A DNA stretch of 27,667 nucleotides from a virus (Duplodnaviria; Caudoviricetes). Under the pieces are notes generated by a model. That model did no database searches and was not told the origin of the DNA. It saw only the letters and a list, made by a program, of their open reading frames with translations. The translations under genes and the position numbers were made by a program. Below are positions 11,101 through 18,790 of the stretch, piece by piece (positions within the stretch are counted from its first letter, which is position 1; every line of letters starts with the position of its first letter). The stretch is from positions 1-27,667 of IMG/VR virus record IMGVR_UViG_3300033487_000035; one strand, given 5' to 3'.

Positions 11101-11655
11101 CTTCATAATGTCGCGGACATAACCCAACTGGGCTTCGAGTTCGGCCTCAGTCTTGATTACCTTACCAGTCGTGGACTGCCAGAAGTACATGCCCTTGGCA
11201 ACTTCTTCGGCAGGGAAGACACGCAGTTCGCGTGCCAAGTCCTGAACGCCACGCTTCAACTTGTCATAGATTGGCAGTTGCGTATCAAAGATGCCAGCAG
11301 CACCAGCGGCACGGTTCAAGGTGAACTCGAACTCGCCCCACTTGTCAAGCATGCTGTCAACGACGCCGATGACCTTCTTGCCGAAGCCTACTAGGTCACG
11401 ACCCATCGCCTGCAGGTGGACGCCAGCACGGAACACGGCGTCCATGGAACGCTCGACACGGTTCAGCCGGTTGGCGAACTTCTCGTAAGCGCCCATGACA
11501 ATACCGGTTGACTTGCCGGTCTTGATGTTGGCATTCTGCATCCTCGCCATAGAGGACTGAGCCTTGTCAAGTGCGGCACCCAACTTAGCGATAGCCTGTA
11601 CGTTTGTAACATCTACCCTAATCCTGAGCAGGATATCAGTAGCGGCTTCACTCAT
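8143..11655 (-). CDS. Tape measure protein, 1170 aa
   Basis: Long Ala-rich helical protein after the tail chaperones; TP901-type core (LGDAGFRGSQVGRALR); Trp/Phe-periodic amphipathic region; duplicated C-terminal LGIxSP(A/S)...IGxNIVxGL. Confidence 0.92.
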   Translation of the reverse strand: MSEAATDILLRIRVDVTNVQAIAKLGAALDKAQSSMARMQNANIKTGKSTGIVMGAYEKFANRLNRVERSMDAVFRAGVHLQAMGRDLVGFGKKVIGVVDSMLDKWGEFEFTLNRAAGAAGIFDTQLPIYDKLKRGVQDLARELRVFPAEEVAKGMYFWQSTTGKVIKTEAELEAQLGYVRDIMKLSAMTNTSYETSIKGVYGVLKQFNLPMSETSHVVELLHFATQKTALEFPNLIESFKMFGSVAGNADEPLQTMVAVLGALGDAGFRGSQVGRALRQTYIKLVKPTAAAKEKLDELFKSQGGYNKVAFDAKGNFVGMEKYIWKLAKATKNMTYEQKANLLATITTANELPVMTEMLDIAHKALADGAKSWVDYRLNQKDATEAFAKSWDILAGSWAGIKGLLKQTIEPVLLNIGQMIAKKLTPILEELSETIYLMAPAFEETAQTIIDTVMPVVEWLLGAFQKVMQWAKKNPSMVKQFAKWAALGTIFAVVAGAIMLAVGTLIFFVNTIVLVIAGMLPMLVTIGAVIAAFVYLGTKIYQNTSGIRTAIGNLVDSLVSAFDRLFGGVEGVGGGLSDLFTTLDNLVNVGLGYLADAINWLADAIDKITPEHVEIIKKVGAALLVMVGVNKLLGPLTNGLWGVTKAMQAMSAVVGGFQSAATFLPTLPAKLGGLVTALRAVGSAFMGLMTAAGPVGWVILGIAAAVTAFIVAYETNFLGFKDFIDGIVQWFVTNVGPIIGGVFQWLQEVIPPILQTLADIVNNVLLPAWNQLVTWASETFGPMFEQMGATLQAFLDFIGTIPAIIELVVTAISDWIESLGIDWDLVWTNISIALNVAIETIKTLIGAGLAFIWSVWNGIWSAVTTFLKNIIEGLVLVITGFWQIVEGIFEVFGAILKGDWDGIWTGIEDIIRGVLSVIEGLFRSAISIFQSIISGGLSFIDTLFKTIFGEGEGSIYWSIKGFIDTVTTFGGMVIEGFVNGVKGAIDWAITQAKGFFGSIIDGIKDFLGISSPATIMLSIGKNIVAGLWKGINDAKDWIIDKVTAFIKNVIPGPILDALGIKSPSRVMMAIGENIVKGLAVGIEKTDDAYTAMVGQAEAITDAMRGVSDTATAVSGAFTSTATTDATRTINLNVDVTSGDGSVSSLDMGSLASLITGSDMVRALEQMATVD

Positions 11656-11666
11656 CGACGTTCACC

Positions 11667-11744
11667 AAAAGAGAAAGGCCCGTCCCACGGGTTGCCACAA
11701 CTGTTGCGTATACGCTATAGTTGATGCAACAAGTGAAACGGGCC
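11667..11744 (-). terminator. Long hairpin plus U-rich tract (intrinsic terminator/attenuator) upstream of TMP
   Basis: GGCCCGUUUCAC...GUGGGACGGGCC closing stem with nested inner stems, followed by UUUCUCUUUU. Confidence 0.55.
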
Positions 11745-11753
11745 ATGTGTTTC

Positions 11754-12391
11754 CTAACTGAGGGTTTTGGCGGCTACGGCATTCTCGCCTGAGCGGAACT
11801 GCTCAAACATTGCCATGAGCCATACAGGTTGGTCTAGTGCCCCGCCAGCCTCGGGAAGTTGTGAGAACCCAGTGACGAACTCCGTCAACTTGTTCTCGAT
11901 TTGCTTGCCACGGTTCTTCTCAACCTTCATGTGGAAAAGTTGGACCGTGCGGCATGTGAGGTAAGTATCGAAGGCCCTAGCGATGCGGGGGTTTCTCTTA
12001 CGGAGGTTGTCCGTCTTGAAGCCGCCCGCATGCTGGCGCGCTAGGTCAAATGCTACTTTCCCTCGGCGCTCGACGGCAGGAGCGACTCGAAGTGCTCAGC
12101 CAACTTGGTGTCGAGCACGAGGCCACCCTCAGCAGAAAGGCTTTCGTAGTCCTCGATGGTCGGCTTGCCCTCAGAGAGGGACCAGCCGACGACGAGAGTG
12201 TCGAACAGAACACGCTGGAACCCAGCCGCGTCTGCGACGGAGAGCCCGGTTCCGCCCTCACCTACGGCTGGCATTGAGCCAGCGAGAGCGTTGAACTCGC
12301 GCTTCGTAATGTCGGCGCGAACCACGATGTAGTCAGTCTCGTCAAGAGCAATGGTCTTGACCTCATCCGTTGCCTTACGGAGAACACCCAT
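11754..12391 (-). CDS. Tail assembly chaperone, long form (gpGT-like) made by -1 programmed frameshift, about 212 aa
   Basis: G GGA AAG slippery heptamer at 12062-12056 just before the TAG; the -1 frame is open for 100 codons (VAFDLARQ...LPEAGGALDQPVWLMAMF...KTLS) to the stop at 11754. Confidence 0.85.
12053..12391 (-). CDS. Tail assembly chaperone, short form (gpG-like), 112 aa
   Basis: Between tail tube and TMP; start moved to MGVLRK (AAAGGA RBS); ends ...SAEGK. Confidence 0.85.
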   Translation of the reverse strand: MGVLRKATDEVKTIALDETDYIVVRADITKREFNALAGSMPAVGEGGTGLSVADAAGFQRVLFDTLVVGWSLSEGKPTIEDYESLSAEGGLVLDTKLAEHFESLLPSSAEGK

Positions 12392-12421
12392 GATATAGTC
12401 CTTTCCTCTAGGGAATGGTTT

Positions 12422-12451
12422 GTGGAGTGGCCACCGAAGCAGCCACCCCAC
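12422..12451 (-). terminator. Stable cUUCGg hairpin after the tail tube gene (terminator-like, no U tract)
   Basis: GUGGGGUGGCUGC-UUCG-GUGGCCACUCCAC, 13-bp stem including G.U pairs. Confidence 0.5.
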
Positions 12452-12472
12452 CAACTTGTGCACTTTTAGTGC

Positions 12473-13420
12473 TTACGCTACCGTCTGCTCGCTGTTCACG
12501 AGAGTTGCGGTGAAGATTGCCTGCCCAACGGGCGCAACAATCAACGCCTCGACGCTCTGCTCCAAGTAGTCCCCTGCTGAGAGCGGAACGGCGACCTTGT
12601 TCCACCTGACGTTCGGGATTTGGATACGGAGCGTGGACGGGATTGCACCGCCAGCGACCGTAGTCGAAGTCATGTGGAGGTCAACGTCGAAGATGGTTTC
12701 CGCGAGGAACCTGTCGTACTCCGACGTATCGGTGAAGTCAATCGTCAGGGACAGAGTGACCTCACGCATGCCAAGCGCCATACGCTTCCAAGAACGGGTC
12801 TTGCGAAGGGTACCGATGCGCTCCATGTTGTTGTTGACACCGAACGTGAACTCCTTGACCGTGGTCAGGAGCGTGCCGGATGCAACCTTGATATCGACGC
12901 CTGAGAAGTGGAACGGAACAACGTTAGAGTACGTCGGGGAACCCGCCGAACCCTGCTTTGCGCGGTTCGTACCTTCAAGGCCGAAGGAAGCGGTGACAAT
13001 CTCACCGTAGGCTGCCTTGATTTCAAGGGTATTGACACGAACACCTGCGTAGCGCATGATGAGAACATCTGCTGCGCTAGACTCGAAGGTGAACGTTGGC
13101 TCAGCCGAAGCCGGGGTGTAAACGTGCTGATAGCCGCCACCGGCATACGAACTGGATGCAACCGATGCTGCAAAGGCCGACTTCAAGAGGGAAGCGATAT
13201 CCGTTGGGATAAGTTCCATTTCCATCGAGCCGGATACAACGTACGGAGCCGCCATTGCGATGTACTTATCGCGGCTGTGCCTAATCTGGTCAGGCACGAT
13301 AAAGTCGTTGGAGTCCTCGAATGAGAACGAAGATACCGGGAGCCACTTCGTCGGAGCGACGAATGTGCCATCGGTAACCTCTACTCCGTAACCTACGTAG
13401 CCAAGTGCGCCAAGGCTCAT
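12473..13420 (-). CDS. Major tail (tube) protein, 315 aa
   Basis: YVGYGVEVTDGT N-terminus, VSGSMEMEL, YAGVRVNTLEI, FTFGVNNN, GMREVTLSLTIDF pattern of Phage_tube_2-like proteins; synteny. Confidence 0.85.
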   Translation of the reverse strand: MSLGALGYVGYGVEVTDGTFVAPTKWLPVSSFSFEDSNDFIVPDQIRHSRDKYIAMAAPYVVSGSMEMELIPTDIASLLKSAFAASVASSSYAGGGYQHVYTPASAEPTFTFESSAADVLIMRYAGVRVNTLEIKAAYGEIVTASFGLEGTNRAKQGSAGSPTYSNVVPFHFSGVDIKVASGTLLTTVKEFTFGVNNNMERIGTLRKTRSWKRMALGMREVTLSLTIDFTDTSEYDRFLAETIFDVDLHMTSTTVAGGAIPSTLRIQIPNVRWNKVAVPLSAGDYLEQSVEALIVAPVGQAIFTATLVNSEQTVA

Positions 13421-13435
13421 ACTGTAGTTTCCTCT

Positions 13436-13918
13436 TTACGCTTCGCGCCCACGCTGTTTGTTGACAGTGAGCGTGACTTGTGCGGACTTGGCGATGACCG
13501 AGCCGCGCACCTGCACCATGTAGTCGGTCGCGGAGGCAACAACCTCCCTGACGCCTTCAAGGCCGTTCAACGAACGGGTGGAGTCCCTGCGGAACCAGTT
13601 GCGAACCTTCTCCATGACTTGAACCATCTGCCGGTCTGCCGTTGCCTCTAGGACGGTTGCGTCCCAAAATGCACGAGAGTCCACGACGAGGGTTACCAGA
13701 ACTTCAAGGTCCCTTACTTCGTAGCCTGTCGTCTCAATGTCGGGCAGGTCACGAACCGGCTGGACCAAGAAAGCCGGGTAACTGTTTACGGGGATGACAC
13801 CGGGGTCGCCCCAGTAAACCGCTTCAATCGTCATAATGTCGGCGCATCCGCCGTCTGCGCTATCAGTGTCCTTGAACGTCGTCAACCCGGCGACGATTGC
13901 GTCTACGATTGCTTCCAT
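13436..13918 (-). CDS. Tail terminator/completion protein, 160 aa
   Basis: Immediately upstream of the tube gene; YWGDP...YPAFLVQP pattern; TAATG coupling. Confidence 0.65.
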   Translation of the reverse strand: MEAIVDAIVAGLTTFKDTDSADGGCADIMTIEAVYWGDPGVIPVNSYPAFLVQPVRDLPDIETTGYEVRDLEVLVTLVVDSRAFWDATVLEATADRQMVQVMEKVRNWFRRDSTRSLNGLEGVREVVASATDYMVQVRGSVIAKSAQVTLTVNKQRGREA

Positions 13919-14448
13919 TACAACTTCCTGATTTCCTTGTCGAGGAAGCGAACTGCCTCGCGTTTCGTCTCACGCAGTACCGGCTGGTTGACGAACCAGT
14001 AGGGTCTGGCGGGAATGCGCCCGTCGCTACTGCCAGTCTGATGCAGAGCCTTCGTACCGCCCGCTGTAACATTCACTGCGCCCCGTCCCGTCGAGACTTG
14101 GACTCTGAGTGTTCCTCCCTCAGGGTCGGTCACAGCGAATGTTGTAGAGGCTCCCACGCCTTGCAGCATGGTGGCTGTGTAGTCCCGAAGGTCTTGGTAG
14201 CGGACGAGGATTGGGTGAGAACCGGGAACGCCCAGCCTTTCCCTCTCCCTGATGGTGGACTCTTTGAGCGGAGCCCAGCCGCCGACCATAGCGCCCTCTG
14301 CGGCGAAGTTCTGGTCGAAAATCTTGGCTGCCCCATGCAATCCGGCGAGAGCAATCTCGTCCTTCTTGTCATGCACCATGTCCTCGACCTTACCAATCAA
14401 CTTGATGGCCTCAGCGAGGCCCTTGACGGTAACGTCAATGGTGAGCAT
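13918..14448 (-). CDS. Virion morphogenesis/neck protein (Mu gpG/Phage_tail_S-like), 176 aa
   Basis: FAAEG...WAPLKESTI...PIL...LHQTG...IPARPYW motif series. Confidence 0.8.
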   Translation of the reverse strand: MLTIDVTVKGLAEAIKLIGKVEDMVHDKKDEIALAGLHGAAKIFDQNFAAEGAMVGGWAPLKESTIRERERLGVPGSHPILVRYQDLRDYTATMLQGVGASTTFAVTDPEGGTLRVQVSTGRGAVNVTAGGTKALHQTGSSDGRIPARPYWFVNQPVLRETKREAVRFLDKEIRKL

Positions 14449-14996
14449 TAGCCAATCCTCTCGCGCCTGTACGGTTCGAGCAAGTCAACAATCATCTGGT
14501 CGATGTTGCTGACCATGAAGATTTCACGGTCTTGCGGGCCTTGGTACTGAGGCTGAACGAGGTTTGCGACCTTTAGCGCAGTGGCACGCTGCACGTTGGA
14601 GGGAACGGGGTCGTATCCGGTCACGTAGCCAACGGTATAGAAGTAATCCCTGTACCAAGGCCCGTTGATTGGGTTCTTGAACTCGATGATGCCACCAGCA
14701 CGGATACGCACCAGCGAGGGGTCAACGGTGCCACTTGTTCCCAAGTCATTGACCCACGCAATCGAGTTGACCACGGTGACCGGAAAGTCATCAAGGATGA
14801 GCCTGTTGCTCCCGCTGCCGAAGGACTCCGTGTAAGCGGAGGACGAGGCAAACTTGCGGTCGCAGTAGTTCTCAACCCAGTCTGATGCTTCTGTGATGAG
14901 GGTTTCGAGAGCATAGGCCGAAGGTGCGAAGGATTGCTTCAATCCGAGCGTTGCCATCTGCTCCTGAATGTACTCTGCGGTGATGAGGTATGCCAT
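14448..14996 (-). CDS. Head-tail adaptor (gp6/gp15-like), 182 aa
   Basis: LITEASDWVENYCDRKF...PV...YVTGYDPVPSNVQRA...LLEPYRR pattern. Confidence 0.8.
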   Translation of the reverse strand: MAYLITAEYIQEQMATLGLKQSFAPSAYALETLITEASDWVENYCDRKFASSSAYTESFGSGSNRLILDDFPVTVVNSIAWVNDLGTSGTVDPSLVRIRAGGIIEFKNPINGPWYRDYFYTVGYVTGYDPVPSNVQRATALKVANLVQPQYQGPQDREIFMVSNIDQMIVDLLEPYRRERIG

Positions 14997-15256
14997 TATG
15001 CGCCTCTCAGAAGACGGCTACGCTTACGACGCTTCTTCCTGAACAGGGTGCCAGCACGCGACGATGCACGGCGGCTTCCTGCGATAACCTTGGCCATGGA
15101 CCTAAGCGGAAGGTTCCGCCTGTCGTCCTCCATCTTCAACCGTACTCTCTCGAAGTACGAGGGGCGGCGACCCGGCTTCCTGCCGCCCTTGACTGACTTG
15201 TTCCTCGATGACTGGCTCTGCCTTAGGCCGGGAGCAGACCTTCTCAATCTTGCCAA
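14996..15256 (-). CDS. Highly basic (Arg/Lys-rich) small protein, 86 aa
   Basis: GAGGA upstream of a TTG start; its TAA overlaps the adaptor ATG (TAATG); 30 of 86 residues are R/K; overlaps the 3' end of the glycosyltransferase. Confidence 0.6.
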   Translation of the reverse strand: MARLRRSAPGLRQSQSSRNKSVKGGRKPGRRPSYFERVRLKMEDDRRNLPLRSMAKVIAGSRRASSRAGTLFRKKRRKRSRLLRGA

Positions 15257-16400
15257 CGACGATTTCCTCGTAGGCAGACCAGTCGAACTGCTTGACTGCC
15301 TCTAGTCCCTGCGCACGCATGCGGGCCATCTTGCGAGGGTCGCGCTTTAGCGAGAGAATGACCTTAGCGATATCCTGCGGGTTCAGGTTAGCGTAGCGGG
15401 TACCCGACTTATGGACTTCCCAGTCGTACGGTTCAATGCCGACGCCGCCACCAAGACGCGCAACTTCCCAACCGGCACCATACTTGGTGACGGCGACCGG
15501 CGTGCCACAGGCCATGGCCTCCGCGATGGGAAGACCAAAGCCCTCAACCTGAGAAGGCAGCACGAACAAATCTGCTGCTGCCACCAGTTCACGAAGGCCG
15601 GGAACGTCCAAATCCCCCAGTTCAGGCACGGCCTTCCCGAAGCCAGTCATGAGGGGGTTGAAGATGACGCTCTGCTGAATGGCGAACGCTGTGGCTACCT
15701 CGGGCAAGTTCCACCCTTCGAGCCAATGGTTCTGGAAAGGAACGGTGTGCAAGTAAAGCAGAACGTCCTTCTGATTGTACTGATGCTTTAGGATGCTGAC
15801 CGCCTCGATTAGGCGGGTGAGTTGCTTTCTGCGAACGTTTTGCGACACACAGACGACGACAAACTTGTCACCCCAGCCAAGCCTATCGCGCATGACTGCG
15901 CGGTCTTCGTCGGTCATCGGCGTGAACACATCATGGTCAACGCCGTGGTACACGAAGTCGATATCCTTTCCGATATCGCGCTTCACAACCTCCTGCCCAT
16001 ACTTGGAGCAGGTCATGAACTCGATGTGCCCAAGAATGGTGCGCCAGTGCATGTTGACGATTGGCTCACCCTCGATTGGGACGTACGCGAAGAACGGCAG
16101 GGCCTCGGGAATGACTGCGGACATTCCTGTCACGCTTCCGGGGTCACCGGTCATGTAGATTACGTCTGGCTCGTACTCTTTGTCTTCGAGCACCTTGATG
16201 AGCCGGAGGTAGCCCATCGGGTCGTTGCTATCTGGTACGAACTGCTTGATTGGGAGGTCAGTCTCGGCAGCCTCGAACATCAGCCCCGTAACGGTGGCTA
16301 CGTCCCAGCCCTTACTTAGGAACGCTCTTGCGGCGTGCTGGTTGACTCGTCCGAACCCCGTCTTCCCCAGCGGGCTGTCCCCCACCATCAGAACCTTCAT
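15102..16400 (-). CDS. Glycosyltransferase, GT4 family (GT-B fold), 432 aa
   Basis: Start MKVLMVGDSP...TGFG with AGGAG RBS; YHGVD, NVRRK, DLFVLPSQVEGFGLPIAEAMACGTPV (E-x7-E), FDW. Confidence 0.92.
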   Translation of the reverse strand: MKVLMVGDSPLGKTGFGRVNQHAARAFLSKGWDVATVTGLMFEAAETDLPIKQFVPDSNDPMGYLRLIKVLEDKEYEPDVIYMTGDPGSVTGMSAVIPEALPFFAYVPIEGEPIVNMHWRTILGHIEFMTCSKYGQEVVKRDIGKDIDFVYHGVDHDVFTPMTDEDRAVMRDRLGWGDKFVVVCVSQNVRRKQLTRLIEAVSILKHQYNQKDVLLYLHTVPFQNHWLEGWNLPEVATAFAIQQSVIFNPLMTGFGKAVPELGDLDVPGLRELVAAADLFVLPSQVEGFGLPIAEAMACGTPVAVTKYGAGWEVARLGGGVGIEPYDWEVHKSGTRYANLNPQDIAKVILSLKRDPRKMARMRAQGLEAVKQFDWSAYEEIVVGKIEKVCSRPKAEPVIEEQVSQGRQEAGSPPLVLRESTVEDGGRQAEPSA

Positions 16401-16662
16401 CTGCGCTCTCCTGTACGGCGCTATCAGCACTCTTGGTGCTCAGGGAGGCTACGAGTTCGTCAAGGCTGATTTCGCGGCCTGTAACGGGGTCGAGGCGGTA
16501 GCCCTTCATCCATGCACGCTGCGCCCAGTGAGTGAACTCGGGGTCGCGTGGCAACTCGATTACGCCAAAGTGAACGTCAACCTCGCCCTCGTAGAAGTAG
16601 AACTTCTGGTCCGGTAGTTCGTTCGGGTAGATGTGCTTTAGAAGTACCTTCTCGGCCATCAT
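16312..16662 (-). CDS. Hypothetical protein after the MCP, about 116 aa
   Basis: AGGAG before GTG-ATG-ATG; low-complexity C-terminus overlaps the glycosyltransferase start. Confidence 0.6.
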   Translation of the reverse strand: MMAEKVLLKHIYPNELPDQKFYFYEGEVDVHFGVIELPRDPEFTHWAQRAWMKGYRLDPVTGREISLDELVASLSTKSADSAVQESADEGSDGGGQPAGEDGVRTSQPARRKSVPK

Positions 16663-16681
16663 CACGGCTCCTAGTCTAGCA

Positions 16682-16709
16682 GGAGGGGTCACATTTCTGC
16701 AACCCCTCC
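16682..16709 (-). terminator. GAAA-tetraloop hairpin after the MCP (terminator-like/stabilising, no U tract)
   Basis: GGAGGGGUUGCA-GAAA-UGUGACCCCUCC, 12-bp stem. Confidence 0.5.
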
Positions 16710-16723
16710 CGTTTAGTTACGAC

Positions 16724-17605
16724 TTAGAGAACAAAGTTCTTCAAGTGAACCGGACGCCCTTCGAGCGCGAAGCCGAAGTAGCCCTTAATCATGAAGTCCA
16801 CAGAGTCCTTGGTCTTGGCCAGTTCCTCGAATGTGAAGTCCTGATGGACGAGCAACTTAGCGTCTGCACGCTTGAAGAACAGAATGTCCGTGCTCGTCTC
16901 CCAGTGGAGGTCCGTAACAATCGGCAAGCCGTCGTACGTGAGAACACGGAAGCCCGCAGCGACCTCAACACGGTCGTTGAACTGCTGCTGAGCCTGCAGG
17001 AGGGAGTTAATCTTCCTGCGAACCGCACGCGAAGTGAGGATGATATCAACGTCACCACGGGATGCGTCGATAGCCTCGTCAATCTTTGCGAGGGTCAGGT
17101 ATGCGCCGGAGGCGTCAACGACGCCCGTGCCGGAAGCACCCCAGTTGAGCACGTCAGAAGTATCAATCTGGTGAATGATACCCTGAATGTTGTCCGCGTT
17201 GCCCGTTGCCGTAGCAATGTCGGTGCTCAACTTCTCAACAAGAGCCTGAGAGTGTGCCTCAACCTCCATCGCCATAGCGTTGAACAGCGACCCTGCAGCA
17301 CGCTGCATCGGGCCGGTGACCTCGCCACGGGTGTACAGGTAGGCAACAGCCTTCTGCTGCTTGCTGTACGTGGACTGCGAAGCGGCAGGCAGAGAGCCGC
17401 CGTCCGTTGCCCACGCTGCGGTCGGGAGGGCATCCCTACGACGAATGAAGTAGGTGTTGGTTGCCCACGGGACCTTGTTCACGACGTTATACAGGACCGG
17501 CTGCTCTGCAGCGTAGTCGCGGATAGCGCCGTCAACTACCTCAGGGATGAGGTAAGAGCCGGTGCTCGCAAGGTCAAGGGCCTTGCGAATAGTCATCTGG
17601 TCCAT
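16724..17605 (-). CDS. Major capsid protein, HK97 fold, 293 aa
   Basis: TGSYLIPEV, AAWATDGG, GNADNIQGI, LTYDGLPIV, FEELAKTKDS motifs; follows protease/scaffold; AAGGAAG RBS. Confidence 0.9.
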   Translation of the reverse strand: MDQMTIRKALDLASTGSYLIPEVVDGAIRDYAAEQPVLYNVVNKVPWATNTYFIRRRDALPTAAWATDGGSLPAASQSTYSKQQKAVAYLYTRGEVTGPMQRAAGSLFNAMAMEVEAHSQALVEKLSTDIATATGNADNIQGIIHQIDTSDVLNWGASGTGVVDASGAYLTLAKIDEAIDASRGDVDIILTSRAVRRKINSLLQAQQQFNDRVEVAAGFRVLTYDGLPIVTDLHWETSTDILFFKRADAKLLVHQDFTFEELAKTKDSVDFMIKGYFGFALEGRPVHLKNFVL

Positions 17606-17614
17606 GTTTCTTCC

Positions 17615-18787
17615 TTACTTGCCCTGCGTCTGCAGAGCCAGAGCGAGACGCAACCTCTCGGACGGGGAAGCCTTGCTCAGGAGTTCAGCGAGTTCGCTTT
17701 CCTGAGACTTCCTAGTCGTGTCGGTGATTGCACCGGGGATTTGCGTACGCGGAGCCTTTTCAAGTTCCTCGATACGAGCGGCTTGCTCCGCGTTGGCCTT
17801 AGCAAGGGCCTCAACCTGAGCCTGCAGAGCAGCAAGACCGTCGTCTGCCGTTTCCTCTGTTGACTTGTCGAGGGTATCTTCCTCAGCCTCGGAGTCCGAC
17901 TTCTCGGAACCGACTTCACCAAGAAGACCAAGGTCTGTCAAGGTGCTTGTCATTTCGTTATAGAGCGAAAGCAACTTCTTGCCGTTAGCGGCGGAAATGT
18001 TGCGCCCAGCCTTGTCAACGTCATCGGAGTCATCCTCAGCGGACTTGTCAGTCTCGTCCTCGGTAACTTCCTCAGTCTCAGACTTGTCAGTCTCGTCGGC
18101 AACGGCGCTCGAAGCGTCGGTGTCCTCCGCTGACTTGTCTGTAGTTGCGTCGTCAACTACCTGCTCGTCGGCAGCCTTGTCCGTAGCGTCCTCGACGTTC
18201 TCGTCAAGGAGTTCGCCATTCGGTCCCAACTTCATCGCGTTTACTCCGTCAGAAGCGTCTTCGAGTGACGCATCCTTAATGCTCTTGGAAAGTACCGACC
18301 CGAAGGACGGGTACCATGCAGGGCGTGTGGTGTTCGAGATTTCATCAAGAACCACGTCCTTGTACGTACGGATGGGCTTGGTGTAGCCTTCAACAACGTC
18401 GTAAGCGTAGTCAAGTACCCTACCGCTCACAGACATGCCGTACTGCTTTCCCTTTTCCAACTGCTTCCACAGGTAGGAGGATGCAGGGTTGTCGTCGTCC
18501 AGCCTGACTTCGATGCCAAGGTGGAAGTGCTCGTTGACCCAAGCCTTTGTGATGACGCCAAGGTCGCGCAGGACCCCATCCGGGGCGTGTGCGTCACGGT
18601 AGACTAGACCTTCGTCTGGCCTATCGTTGATTTGAGCCGCGAACCGCTCGATGAGTTCGGGAGCCATGCGCTCACCCTCGGAGTCAACCTCCGGGCCGCT
18701 CGCATAGCCGACCACGTACTTACCGTCAGCGCGCTGCTCGCTCTTGATGATGGGGAACGTGTACTTGAACGTTGCCGCAAGAGTCAT
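17615..18787 (-). CDS. Prohead protease fused to an acidic scaffold-like domain, 390 aa
   Basis: VVGYAS...VDSEGE, H (DAH), GMSVSG, EISNTTRPA motifs of HK97/XkdF-type proteases; D/E-rich linker and C-terminal coiled coil. Confidence 0.85.
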   Translation of the reverse strand: MTLAATFKYTFPIIKSEQRADGKYVVGYASGPEVDSEGERMAPELIERFAAQINDRPDEGLVYRDAHAPDGVLRDLGVITKAWVNEHFHLGIEVRLDDDNPASSYLWKQLEKGKQYGMSVSGRVLDYAYDVVEGYTKPIRTYKDVVLDEISNTTRPAWYPSFGSVLSKSIKDASLEDASDGVNAMKLGPNGELLDENVEDATDKAADEQVVDDATTDKSAEDTDASSAVADETDKSETEEVTEDETDKSAEDDSDDVDKAGRNISAANGKKLLSLYNEMTSTLTDLGLLGEVGSEKSDSEAEEDTLDKSTEETADDGLAALQAQVEALAKANAEQAARIEELEKAPRTQIPGAITDTTRKSQESELAELLSKASPSERLRLALALQTQGK

Positions 18788-18790
18788 AGA

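Noticed and set aside
12392-12463. N-terminal extension of the tail chaperone given in the ORF track
   Set aside because: It runs through the UUCG hairpin; the RBS supports the ATG at 12391
12473-14996. Contractile (myovirus) tail
   Set aside because: No sheath or baseplate wedge genes; the order tube, chaperones, TMP, Dit, hub, fibre is siphovirus-like
14996-15256. Phage-encoded RnpA or ribosomal protein
   Set aside because: Basic composition only; I could not recognise an RNR motif or a ribosomal protein signature
16631-17863. 410-aa plus-strand ORF and other long antisense ORFs (e.g. 4205-5107, 18632-19390, 22372-23106)
   Set aside because: Shadows of GC-rich minus-strand genes, with no recognisable motifs
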